The notes beneath the pieces were generated by a model. That model worked only from the letters and a program-made list of their open reading frames with translations. It made no database searches and was not told where the DNA came from. From Vermamoeba vermiformis (taxonomy: Eukaryota), in contig JBEWZL010000053.1 in the NCBI GenBank assembly GCA_045837725.1, positions 124,001 through 158,781 of the forward strand: 34,781 nucleotides of DNA, read 5' to 3'. Positions 21,826 through 34,200 of this stretch are shown piece by piece. Both the position numbers and the translations under genes were made by a program. Positions within the stretch are counted from its first letter, which is position 1, and each line of letters starts with the position of its first letter.

Positions 21826-24626
21826 ATGGCCAAAGATTTACAAGAAGACACCGATAAGGATTATATTAGGCTCCATGTTGGTGGTTTGTCCGCAGATGTC
21901 ACAGAGAAAGATCTACGGGACAGGTATTTAATTATTATAAGGCCTAATACTACAATAAAATAATACCAATATATTAATCAAATTATATTGACGAAGTAAG
22001 GGATTTTTTTGATTTAATTGACAAATTATTATTTTAGATTCAGCAGTTTTGGTAAGATAATGAGCATAGATGTTGTAAAGGGATACGATTGCGCATGCAG
22101 AGGATTCGCATACATCAATTTCGATAAGTCTGCCGATGTAAAGAAATGTAAGCGTAGATTCAACAAAACGAATCCTGGATCGCGATCTGACCAAGTTAAT
22201 TTCCACTAGGCATATCAATTCTTGATCGAACAAGGTGGCGAGGAAATTTACTGACTATTCAGAAGGCTAATGTAGATTATATGACAAGGTACGTTCCTAA
22301 CCGATCGAATCCAAAAGAAGCGGTGCTGACATTATTACTAGACGCAATGCCGAATTAGAAGCTCGTAGAAAACGAGAGCAAGAAACTTTAGAGAAGCGAA
22401 AAGAGGCTCAGGCTACTTTAGAAGAAAATGCCGCTTCGAAAGATAAAAACGGCTTGTGGGTCGTCAATAAGCATGGCCTTGTATTGCCTGTTCTTAGAAT
22501 TACTAATAATAATGGCGTAAGTACTATCATAATATTTATTATAGTACTGGTGTCCTAATATCATATTTTAGAAAATTGTCAAGATCAATCCGAACAAGTA
22601 CAAGAACGCCGTAAAGAGATTGGCTGCCGATAGCTCAGGAGAAGAAGAACAACATTTTAGCGATGATGAAGTTGGCGAAGCACCAAAGAAAATAAGCGAG
22701 GATATTGAAATTATTCCTGAAGATCAGATGGAGGTTGACGAAGAAGAAACTCCTGCTACTAAAGCGGATGTTACTTATCCATTTAGCGACGACGAAGATG
22801 ATAGAAATTATGAGAGCAGAGACGAGGATGAAGACGTTCCCGTTGGTATGTTACAGCTAGTTTCTTCGGCTAGTCGATCTAATTTTTTTGATTTAGTTCC
22901 TGCAAATGTACAAAAAGAAAAGAAATCAGCGCTGTCAATTTTAGAACAAATGTTCCCCGAAGAGAAGGAGTTTATTCGCAAAAAAGATGCGAAGATGGAG
23001 AAGACACGTGCGATCGAGCTGAAAGAAACAGGACCAATTGGACCCGGTGTTAAAGAGGCATTGGCAAAAATCGAGGCTAAGAAAGCCGCAGAAAAGGCTG
23101 CAGCGACGGCATCAACTAAACAAGGTACGTAACTCTAAATATTTTGATCCGATCTGAAACTCAACTCAATAATTAATTCAGTTGCAAAACCTGAGCCTGT
23201 TAAAGAAGTAAAGTCTAAAGAAGTCGAGAAAAAGGTAGTAGCTGAGCCAGTCAAAGAGATCAAGACTAAAGAAGTCGAGAAAAAGCCAGTAGCTGCAGTC
23301 GAACCTGTCAAGGAAACTAAGCCGAAAGAGGCTGAGAAAAAAGCAGTGACTGAGCCCGTTAATGAGACTAAAGCCAAGGAAGTCGCCGTTGAAAAGAAAT
23401 CTGAGCCTGCTCCTCAACCTATTGTAAATACTAAGAAACGAAGCCGCGAAGAGAGTAGCAGTAGTTCTTCAAGCGAAGAAGAGGGCGATAACGATGATAG
23501 CTCGAGCACGACTAGCAGCGCGAGTAGCAGCACTGAATTCTTTGAGAGCATTAAGCGTCGAAAGATCATGGAAAGTGCTCAGCAAGAGAAATCAGCCGCG
23601 GCATCAGAAAAGACTAAAGCCAAGCCAGCGGATAAAAATAGGACTAAGCCTGTCGTTCAAGAACAACCAAAAGCACAACCGCAAGTCGAAGAAAGCAAGA
23701 AAATCGAAGAAAAAGAGGAAAGCAGCAGCTCTTCGAGTGATGAGGACGAAGAGGGTAATGACAGTGACAGCGACAGCTCGAGCACGACGAGCAGCGCTAG
23801 CAGCAGCACTGAATTCTTCGAGGAAATCCGACGAAGAAAGGCATTAGAGCAGCAAGCAAAGGACGAGAAGCAGGCCGCTAAAGATAAGAAGAAAGCTAAG
23901 AAAGAGGCTGCTGTTGCCAAGCCTGTTGAGCCCGTGAAGAAAGCGGAGACAAAGAAAGAAGATGTGCAAGCTGTTGCCAAGCCTGCTGCACCTGCGACAC
24001 AACAAACTCCTGCAGCCACCACTGACACCCAAAGCATGCAAGTCGATGAAGAGAATGTAAGTCCCGTGTCCTCTTTTGTGATTGTTACTCACTAACGTGC
24101 ATCCTAGGGCAAATCATGGGTGGACATTATGACTCAATACGAGACCGAGCGATTGAAGCCTGTCACAATTTTAGCCCCGAAAGCAGTGTGGAAGTTGTTC
24201 CCTGACCGTGATGACAGCGCTGCTGCAGCACCGATGGCAACCACCACGAGCGGCAATGCAATGGAAGTTGAGCCCACAGCCGCCAAGCCTGACGAGGAGG
24301 TAAGTCTGAAATACCTTTGGTTGATATAGACGTGCTAACACGTTCCTTAGAAAACGGACACAGGCGTTGCTAGCAAGGATTACAAACCATTTTTCCCGTT
24401 CATTGGCAACGGTGAGAAGCTTATTGGTGACACTTTAGTTCGCACGAAGACTTTGTAAGTGCCTTCGTATAGTATTTGTTGTTGTATAAATTTTAATGAT
24501 GTTTATGGTAGGGAGGAAATTGAGGACGAATGGAGAAGAGAAAAAGTATTCCTTACGCAAGATTACAAAAAGAAGCAGAGTATTGCCGTTAAAAAGAGAC
24601 GAAAGTTGGAGAAAAAACAGCGATAA
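21826..24626 (+). CDS. NOL8: Nucleolar protein 8 (NOL8/Nop132)-like RRM protein
   Basis: N-terminal RRM (RLHVGGL...RGFAYINF...CISILDRTRWRGNLLTIQKA), NOL8-type motif WVVNKHGLVLPVLR...KIVKINPNKY, acidic/Ser-rich middle, C-terminal W..EK..LTQDYKKK. TAA at 24624-24626. Confidence 0.8.
23182..23840 (+). repeat. Intragenic repeats in the NOL8-like gene: four EPV(K/N)ExKxKExEKK-like units (approx. 23190-23400) and two SSS..E..DSSSTTSSASSSTEFFE.I.RRK blocks (approx. 23450-23565, 23720-23840)
   Basis: Visible in both the translation and the DNA (ctcgagcacgac...agcagcactgaattctt occurs twice). Confidence 0.85.
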
Positions 24627-24869
24627 TAAACAATTAATTAAGCGAACGCACCGTTCTCATCGATCGCAGATCACATCTAATCCGCTCGCAGATCGACGTT
24701 CAAAACAGCACTACGGAAGTACCCCCTCATTATAGCATTAAAATACATAAAAACACTGATTCTTTTGTTCTAGGTTTAGATTGAATAAAGTTGATAAAAA
24801 AAAAGCAACGTGCCGAAAAATCAATGTGAACAGTTTGTGAACGAGCACTATTGCAGTACAACAAATAAT

Positions 24870-27135
24870 ATGTCAAGCAAAGAAGGTGTGATCGTTGTTG
24901 GATACGGCCGAATTGGTCAAGTCCATCTCGCGAGCGTTTTGGCGCATCCCAAGTTGTTCTTGCATACCTTGGTTGGCAAGGATGAGACCAGATGCAAGAC
25001 TGCCCTCGCTACTGCTTTGAAGCCTCACTTGAACAGAGAAGGAAAGTTGAAGGATGGTGCTACGCCAAACGCTTTCAGCGCTGATAAGTTCAAGGAACTC
25101 ATCGAGAAGAACGATCCGATTTTCGAAAACGCTCGTTATATCGTCATCGCTTCTCCGACTCCTAACCACGCCGAGTTGATTGAATTGGCTTTGAAGTACA
25201 AGAAGCCCTTCCACATTCTTTGTGAGAAGCCTCTGACCACCGATCCGGCAATCAACAAAGAATTGTACGAAAAGGCACAAAAGGCTGGTGTTGCCCTCAT
25301 CACTGGTAAATATTTTATAATATTTTAAAAATATTTGTGGCGAATTATAATCGATTTTTCATCCAGCGTACAACAGAAGATTTGATCCTCACTTCATGAA
25401 GCTCAAGGAAACCGTTCAAAACAAGGCTGGCAAGGTTCAAATTTTGAGATTAACGTCAAGAGATCATCCCAGCTCCTCCTTCAGAATTCTTGGACTCTGC
25501 TGGTAAGTCGATCTGAACGCAAACCGTTACATGATCTGAACCCGAAAAAATTTAGGAACCTTTTTTGAGGATTTCAGCACTCATGATATTGATATGGCTC
25601 GTTGGTTGGTCGGCGAAGAGCCTGAAAAAGTTTGGGCTTGCGCTTCTCAACACTTGCCAGTGTTCAAGAGCAAGGGCATCGATGACACTGCCGTCATTGT
25701 GCTCAAGTTCCCTAGCGGCTGTTTGTGCTTGATTGAGAACAGCCGTCGCACTACTTACGGCTACGACCAACGCGCTGAAGTTTTGGGCACCGCTGGCCTC
25801 GTGGTTGCCAACAATCCTAAGCGCAGTGCCGTCACTTGGCACACCAACGCCGGTGAGGTTGATGACTTGGCCGTCTATTCTTTCCCCGAGCGTTACAAGG
25901 AGGGCTACTTCAACGAGTTGGATCACTTGGTGCAAGTCGCTCATAACACCGAGAAGGCTCGCGTCAATGCTGACGATGTTATCAACAACGCCAAGTTGTG
26001 CATGACTTGCCAAGACTCACGTGTCAAGCAAGTTGAAATCAAGGACCAACACTTGACTGAGTACCCTATCCCTGCCTTCCCCACCAAGTCCACTGGCACC
26101 GTCAACTTTGCTCTATTCGGCGTTGGTCGCATGGGCTGCGTTCGTGCTGATGCTATCATGGCCAACCCTAATGCTCGCTTGTTGGCTGTCTATGACGTCG
26201 ATCAAGAACGCGCTGCTATGATTGCCAAGCAATACGGATGCAAGCACGCTGTTAACCCTGTCGATGCCATGTTGCCTGAAGTTGATGCCGTTGTTATTTG
26301 CACCACCACTGCTGCTCACTGCGAGTTGATTTTGATGGCTGCCAAGGCCAAGAAGAGCGTCTTTGTCGAGAAGCCTGTCGCTTTGTCCACCGCTGACACT
26401 GAGCTCTGCGTCAAGACTTGCCAAGAGAACGGTGTTTTCTTGTACTGTGGCTTCCACCGCCGTTCTGACGCTGAGTTCCGTCACGCTTATGAAGGTCGCT
26501 CCAAATTAGGAAGTGTCGAATTGATCCGCATTTCCAGTCGTGACGCCGCTGACCACAACTCTTTGGCTTACTTGCTCAACAGTGGCAACTACTGGTACGA
26601 CAGCTTGATCCACGATTTTGATATTGCTCGCTGGATTGCTGGCTGTGATCCTGTCGAGGTGTTCAGTGTTGGCAGTGCTTCGATTCCTGAGCTCGCTGAA
26701 CGTGGTGACATTGACAACGTTGTCGTTGTTCTTCGCTTCCCTAACGGCGCTATTTGCACTATCGATAACAACCGCCGCGCAGGTACGACTAATACTTACC
26801 ATAGATTATTCAAATATTAATGTTGTTGTGTAGTTTATGGCTATGATCAACGCTTGGAGGTGTTCGGTGCCAACGGCATGGTTGAAGTTCACAACAAGAT
26901 CCAATCCGAATTGACTTACGGTTCATTCGACGGCTTTGCTTACGACAAGACTCAAGCTGGTCTGACTCGTTACAAGGAGACTTATGTCAACGAGACCAAT
27001 CACTTCATCAACTTGATGTTGGGCGTTGAGAAGACTCCTCGTGTCTTCCACTACGACTCTGTTCGCAACGCTAAGATTGCCGACGCTGCCTTGGAGTCCT
27101 TCAAGACTGGCAAGCCTGTTGCTCTTCACTATTAA
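24870..27135 (+). CDS. Tandem double-domain Gfo/Idh/MocA oxidoreductase (myo-inositol 2-dehydrogenase IolG-like). Exons 24870-25305, 25367-25502, 25556-26782, 26834-27135. One extra base near 25469
   Basis: Two complete motif sets: GYGRIG/CEKP/AYNRRFD/SRD/HDID/YGYDQR and GVGRMG/VEKP/GFHRRSD/SRD/HDFD/YGYDQR. Strong C/T-ending codon bias. Confidence 0.9.
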
Positions 27136-27248
27136 GCAAGCCACACTCTTCAGAACTACCGGATCCTCTACGAGATCCGTTCTAAGAATAAAATTCTTTG
27201 CTTCTTATATTTACAACTTTTATCGTAGACTACATGGTATTTTACAAA

Positions 27249-29074
27249 TTAGTGCAATTGAGATCGCACGTAATGGCCAGAAATCAGTGCTGCAACGATA
27301 CCTCTGAAGGATCCAGTGGAATCACCGCACACCCAAATTGGCAAATGTTCTATTTTTAGCTTTGAATCTAATTCCGGGTACCATCCGATGCCTTCTAACG
27401 TTGGTCCAATGACTTTTGCGCTTGATTTGTTGATTGTAAACTTGTCACAGAGTTTTGTCAATCCATCGATAAGCTCTTCTGCAGCTGTTTGACCGTATAC
27501 TGTGTTGAATGTAGCAATAGATTCGCGATTAATACTGTTGCCGCTATGCTCGTCTTGACGAGTCTCAGGTACTAACTCTTCTAATGGCAGTTCAAAGCAG
27601 TTATCAGATCGTGCTAGACTGTGCGCCATGTGTGCCCAGATCTCATTCGCAGTTTGTTCGTTAAGCACTCGAACATTAAATCCAATATTAGACACGCCTG
27701 TTGGCATGCAATCTGCTCGGCCTGATGCAGAGTACATTCCTAGAAAAAAAAAACAGATCCGGTCAGTACGAAATTTTAACTTTTTAGGGTTTGTCGTACC
27801 GTTAGTTTCAGAAGCAATTACTTCACCATCTTTACAGGCACAAAAGGTTCGTAGCTGAATTTGACGCCGTTGATCGACGTAAATGAACTTCGGATCGTTC
27901 AGCTGACTTTCGTTATCTTTGTATTCGCAGAAAAAACTCGCTGCAGTCTCCTGTTGAATTCTAACTCCGAATTCTACGCGTTGGAATACTTCTTTGTATT
28001 TTAATTGCTGGTTCGTACTGCCTTTTCTTGATGTGTTTCCATTGAACATTTTTTTCAAGTCCAACGGTCCAAATCGGCCTCCAGCGAAGATTAAATACCT
28101 AAAATAACAAGAGTAAGTTAATGTTGCCTTATTTGGAAGTCTTATAGCGGATAGATCTATCCTTACTTTGTCCGTACGACTTTTGTTTGGCCGGTACTTG
28201 TGTTTAGTAATGTACAAATAAGGATCGGACTATTGTCGTTGGTGTCTATACTACGTGTATGATCTAAGTGCATGGAAATAATCTTCGTTGAAGTCACTAA
28301 TGTCGTATTGGATGCAGTTCTTAAAAGTGACCGGATCAACTCCTCTCGTTGTTCTGTATTTCCGTTAGTGTTCGAATCAGATAAATAAAGTACTTTATAG
28401 ATCGTACCTAATGATAAGTAGATTGATGGGTATGGCTTATGATTCCAGCCAGATTCGTAACGGACTGGAGCAAACTCAACAGGATCTGGGAGGAACTCCG
28501 CTATACTTGGATCCTATTATATACATAATGTTAATGCGTATTTCATACTTGATCGTTGCGAAGGAGAAAAGACGGAGTTAGTTTAATTTAAGGTCTTTCG
28601 GAGATCTAGCAGTAAATCGGTTAGTACCTGTTCAACGAGCTTTTTATAAGTCCATAATACACTTGATTGCAACAGCTCAGTATTATCAAGACTCCATAAG
28701 TTTGTTGAAGATGGGTAAAACGAGAACTTGCCATCTGAAAATAATCCAGCGCCACCTACGAATTAAAATCGCGATCAATATTAGGAATAATAATAATTAA
28801 TTATAATTACCTATTCCTTGCGTCATATCGGCAGATTTATAGCGATCCCTCAAACAGAAATTCTAAATTTAGATCCTCTTGTTAATTATTCCAAAATAAC
28901 GGTTGAGGGTTTCTTTAATATGCGTTGTAATATTACCTTGCCCATATCTATTATGAGTGTTTTTAAATTATTGGATCCGTTGGTCGCTGCAAGTCCTGCA
29001 GGGCCACCGCCAACAACTAAAATGTCGTAGTCGCGTTGGATGTGCTCGAAGTCCTTCTCTATATCATCGCTCAT
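27249..29074 (-). CDS. FAD-dependent oxidoreductase (uncharacterised, COG2509-like), 7 exons
   Basis: DILVVGGGPAG (Rossmann), GIGGAGLFSDGK, IFAGGR, EFGVRI, RTFCAC, IWVCGDSTGSFRGIVAALISG (GD motif). The spliced frame is continuous. Confidence 0.85.
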
Positions 29075-29335
29075 ATTGCTATAGTGTTGTCAAATTAATG
29101 GTTGCTGTCTTTGTTCTTTAGAGCATCAACCGACAATAACTCGCCGAATCTGAGCTTTTTATGTCCTTCCAAACAATCGAAATCTAGAATTCGCGAGTCT
29201 TGTATGAACTCACTAATAAAAATAATACGCAACTAAACAAGAAGAACGTTTTTTTCAAGGTTAGAATTCCGGCAAGGGCAAAAAAATAAATTTTTGTGTT
29301 TTTATCAATTGATTTTGAATTTACGAACGCATCAA
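29075..29335. promoter_or_regulatory. Probable shared divergent promoter (261 bp) of the FAD oxidoreductase and the Ham1-like fusion gene
   Basis: Divergent ATGs at 29074 and 29336. Confidence 0.5.
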
Positions 29336-30981
29336 ATGACGACTTATTATATCAGCAACAATAATATTAAATTCGCAGAAGTAAACAGACTTCTGTTGGA
29401 TTCTCTCAGAAATTACGAGTTGCGAGATCTTCCTGTCGGTTCGATTTTCTCCCAAGAGACTGCTGACTCGGAACAAATATTAGAAAAAGGTGCTAAAGAG
29501 GATGTATTATCAGCATACAATTCCTTGAAGGCCCCGTGTTTTCTTGAACGCCGTTGGATCAAAACGGATTCAGGTAAGAAAGTAGCGCTCAGCACAGATT
29601 ATGCGTTTGAGTGTTATTACCAATAATATTCCTAATTTTATTATGCGATCTAAATTATATTTTATAAAATAGGCAAAATTCTCGTTCACGTAACGGACCA
29701 GAATCTCGCGAGCTACAAAGACCAAACCGGCGAGCAAGTGATTGCTGTAGCCTATACTGATGGAACTGACACCAAGTTATATACTACATCGATTAAAGGC
29801 AAATTTGTCGAACCTGCGGGCAGTTCTAAAGATATTTTGGAGTACGCTTAAATTTGAAGCTAAATTTAGATCCTCTTACTAATTTTATCATTTAGTTGTG
29901 TATGGTTACCCGAGGGATACCAAAAGACACTTGCTATCCTCGGCGAGCACTGCGGAATTCAAAATTCTCCTTATTTGGATCTTGCAGACGACGTTAGAAA
30001 ACACGTCTTTACAGGTAAGAACTTAATTGATGATGGATCTTAAAGTCATATTAATAATCTCTATAGGTTTGATGGAGATTCACATCTTTGTTGCGCCTTT
30101 GAACGCCCCTCAAGACGTGCAGGACAAGTTCAAGAAAGATTGCAACGACAACGGCTTGAAGTGTTGCAATTTGAGACTGGACACCGTGCACTTGGGCATG
30201 GTCGGTAAGTACAAGACTATACATAGTGAAGTAGACTAATAGGCATTAGGTGCTTTGATGAGCTCGCGTTACATTTCGGGCACGATGAACAAGATCTGGC
30301 GCGAATCTTTCAAGGACGCTCAACTTCTTGCCAAATTAGGTAAAGACTCGGTACTAAAGTTTATCTCTTGTGCCTGCCACTGAATATGAGTACGAACAGG
30401 TTGGGATGTTATCCGAAACAAGATTGAGGCTACAGCATCGATCGAAGGCGTGCCTGTTAGCGACACTGATGCTAAAACACTGCCCAAGAAGACCTACTTT
30501 GAGTTCCATATGGTCTTCCAGAATAGCGATGGCACAACTCCCGACCCTAAAGGCATCGAGGAGGTCAAGGGTATTGCTAAGAAGTTAGAGAAGGAATGGA
30601 ACATTTGCATTCCATTGTCAGGTAACAACGCATCCAGATCGCATCCAACAGATCAGACCTAACTCGTCATTTCAGAGAACTGTTTCGGTACGCAGCGATT
30701 CTTGAACATGCGCACGTATGGTATTGGCCGTGATAACGCGTTCCCTCGCTTGGAAGAGCTCGCTGAACATGTTCGTGCTGCTGGCTATCTCGTGCCCAGA
30801 TTCATTCGCGAGTTTGGTGTCTACGATTCAGCGGTAAGTTAAAATAGCAATTTTGGAGTTTGGAAGCATTGCTCATGATTACATGACGCAGGTCGAAGTA
30901 GATTGCGGTTGGTTAGAGCCGTTGAAGGTTCCTGGAGAATATTCGCCTGGATTTTTACCTCCTATTGTGTACTCTAATTAA
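29336..30981 (+). CDS. Degenerate Ham1/ITPase-like domain fused to an uncharacterised domain with two ExH motifs, 8 exons
   Basis: N-terminal half: ISNNNIKFAEV, SAYNSLKAPCFLE, VAYTDG, IKGKFVEPAG, DCVWLPEGYQKTLA (Ham1 scaffold). C-terminal half: MEIHIFV, RNKIEA...GVP, YFEFH, RFLNMR, REFGVYDSAVEVDCGWL. All 7 introns are phase-consistent. Confidence 0.75.
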
Positions 30982-31244
30982 ATATCTGCAATAATTTCAA
31001 ATTCCTAAACGTGTCAAAAAACTGACAGAATCCGGTCGCGTGTTGTATTGCAAATTATTTCATTAATTAACTGAAGCACCACGATATTACCTGCGGAAGA
31101 TTCGCTGGATCGAATTGCAGGTTGCATTCGTTACTCGTACAAAGAGGTAAATCAGTTGTTTTTAAGACTTAAAACGCAAATCAATAGAAATAAATATAAT
31201 ATCGTTGTCATAATAATATTTTTAAATCTAGATAGAATTACAGA

Positions 31245-34200
31245 ATGCGCTTTTCACGGATTTCGGCAACGTATTGGAACGTCGCAGCGGTATTTCTAGC
31301 AATAATGGTTCAAATAATTACAGCGCAAGTACCCGTCAATTCTACGGCGCTTTCTTCTCCTCGAACAGCAGTTTCATCTGTTTCAATTGGAGATCGAGTG
31401 TTCTTCGTTGGCGGATTCGACTTCCACCAGAAGGTTTCGAGCGACAAGATTGATATATTTGACGCCATTAATCAAACATGGGCCACTCCTCTCTCGCTTC
31501 CGAGTGCTCGAGGATTCGTGACACCTGTCGTTGTGGATCCAAATATTTATTTTCTTGCTGGAATTTCCCACGACAATCCTCCCTTTCTGTATCAGCCCTC
31601 AAACAGGTCCTTCGTTCAAATGCAAAGTGCTGGACCGACAGTTCGAGAGCCCAAACAACTTTCGCTGTTCAATTCAGTTTTGACAGTTGTTGGAACTTTC
31701 ACGGTGGATTTTTACGACATGACCAGCGGCAATTGGAGTTCCAACAGCAACTTGACCGAAGTGATGATGTCATTGACCAACGCACGGATATTTGCTTACC
31801 AACAATACGTCTTTGTCATTGGCGGCCAAGAGTTCAAAACCGACGAAATTTCATCGCACGCTTGGATCTTCAACTACAACACGAATGAACTCATCAAATA
31901 CGACAACGTGACTACAGCTAATGTCACATTCGAGTCGAGCACATACGACGTGTCCAACAACGTGTTGGTGGTGCGATTGAGTGACAGGTGTCTGCTGTAT
32001 CATTTCCTCCGAAACGAGTGGCACGAAGAATTGGACGCGTTCAACATTGTCAGCTCAGTCACGCAAAATGATCTCACACATCTATTTGGCGATAATTACG
32101 TTATTTACGATTGGATCAACCGTGCTACAATAACCAAGGGGGCTACATTTATCAAAATAGGCTTTCTCCTCAATGACACGATTGTGTATATAATGGACGA
32201 GGCTATGGTCGTAGGAACACAAAAAACAAGCCTTCCTAACGTAAAAGTTACTGGATCCGTTCGATTTGCACAGCCCTGGTCCTCGACACTTTACACCTTC
32301 ACCGACGATCAAAGTATTTATTGGTTTAACAGCCAAGATTCGAGCCTTACAATAATCCCAAACATGACAGACATCCGTTCAGTCATCGCAGACGGTGACA
32401 CACTGCATGTCTTCGATTACAGCTCGAATGAAGGAGTCATGAATTGGCGCTTATTTGATCCCAGTCCCATGTCCGTAATCGTACCCCGAAAGCTCAAGTA
32501 CCCAGTGGCTCCTCAAGCCCTTATCAACGGCGTATTTGTGGACCCTTATCTCGGCACGATGTCAATCACGGACTCCAATGACATTCAATTGTTCAGCAGT
32601 CAAGGTTATATAGACATATTTACCAGTGTTATTTTCACGGCGCATGATAGCAACACATTCGTTGTCATGCAGGATGCCCCGCCACAAAACGGGCTGCAAC
32701 AATACAAGAAAATGGACGTGTACAACTACGTTAATAACACTTGGACGACGAAAGATATGCCCGACGAGCTGTTTTTGCCTGCAAACAGCAAGAGATATCG
32801 CGAGACGTTCATGAATGCCGCAGGGTTCAACGACAGCATTATGGTGTGGATTTCTGGAGTATACGGAATATACGACATTAAAGCAGACAACTGGACGACA
32901 TACACCAACGTAACATTAGGAACAGAAGAAAGACCAATCATGAGGACGCGATATCTTGACGCACTTCATTTTCAAACTCCGGTTATTGACGGCATTGCGT
33001 ACCTTAATCACGAAGAATTCAATTATTTCTACAAATTTGCACCAGATCTGCTCTCGTGGGATAAAACAGCGCCAACGTATTCAGCCGAAGAAGATCCGTT
33101 GCTGATTCAACAACCAGTGGCGTTCAATCACACGCTGTACGTGTCCATGCGACAGAGCACGAACATCACGTACTTGTACTACTATGACACTGCGCTCAAC
33201 AGCTGGCAAGCCACTTTGTTGCCATCGCCATCGACCTTCGTGGCAATCACAGCGGCCGGAGATTTCCTCATCGCCGTTTGTTCGGACATAAAGTTGCACA
33301 TTTTCTCCGTCAGACTCGGACAGTGGAACACGCAAGAGTTGGACTATGAGGTCATTCCATCAACGATCATTCATGTTGGCAACGTCACGTTGATCGCTGG
33401 TGGCTCCACTGTATCTTCAGGCTTGTATTCGGACTCGGTGCTTGTCGTGTCAGACGACGTTGTGTTCATTGAAAAAGCACCTGCGACTCCGACCAGTACC
33501 ACTAACCAGCCTTCCGATCAGCCGCAATCAACCACTGGTCTCACAGTCGGCGAGTTGGTGGCAGCGATTGTCGTTCCCGTCGTAGTAGTTCTTGCCGCAG
33601 GACTTGCTTTATTACTCATTCTGTTACGAAGACGCAAGAGAAGACAAACAACGACGACAGTTGGATTGGAACAACAGTTCAGTGAATGGTTCACACCGTT
33701 CAGTGAAATCGAGTTCAGAGAACAGTTGGGTCAAGGAGCGAACGGCCAAGTGTTCAAAGGCAAGTGGAAGAACACTGATGTTGCGTTGAAAGTGAGCATG
33801 ACACAAGCGAATCAAAGTGTCATCTCCGAACTGTCGCTGATGATCAACATGCGACCTCATCCAAATGTCGTGCAACTTCTTGGCTTCAGTGTGCATCCTG
33901 AAACGAACAGTGTCATACTGATTCTCGAGTACTGCAACGGCGGATCGTTAGACAAGCAAATTATGGAAAAGAATGCGCCGGAAATGCCAATCAATCAAAA
34001 GCTTCAGTTGTTGCAAGGCATCGCTCGTGGTGTCATTCACTTGCACTCGAACAACATTGTGCATCGAGACTTGGCAGCACGCAATGTGTTGTTGCATCAA
34101 GGAGAACCAAAACTGACAGACTTTGGCATGTCACGCATTGTGGACGATCAACAACAACGAGGCACAACCAAATCAGAACTTGGACCCATTCGATGGATGT

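Noticed and set aside
25552-27144. Long minus-strand ORFs over the dehydrogenase
   Set aside because: Expected from the strong codon bias of the sense gene; no independent coding signal.
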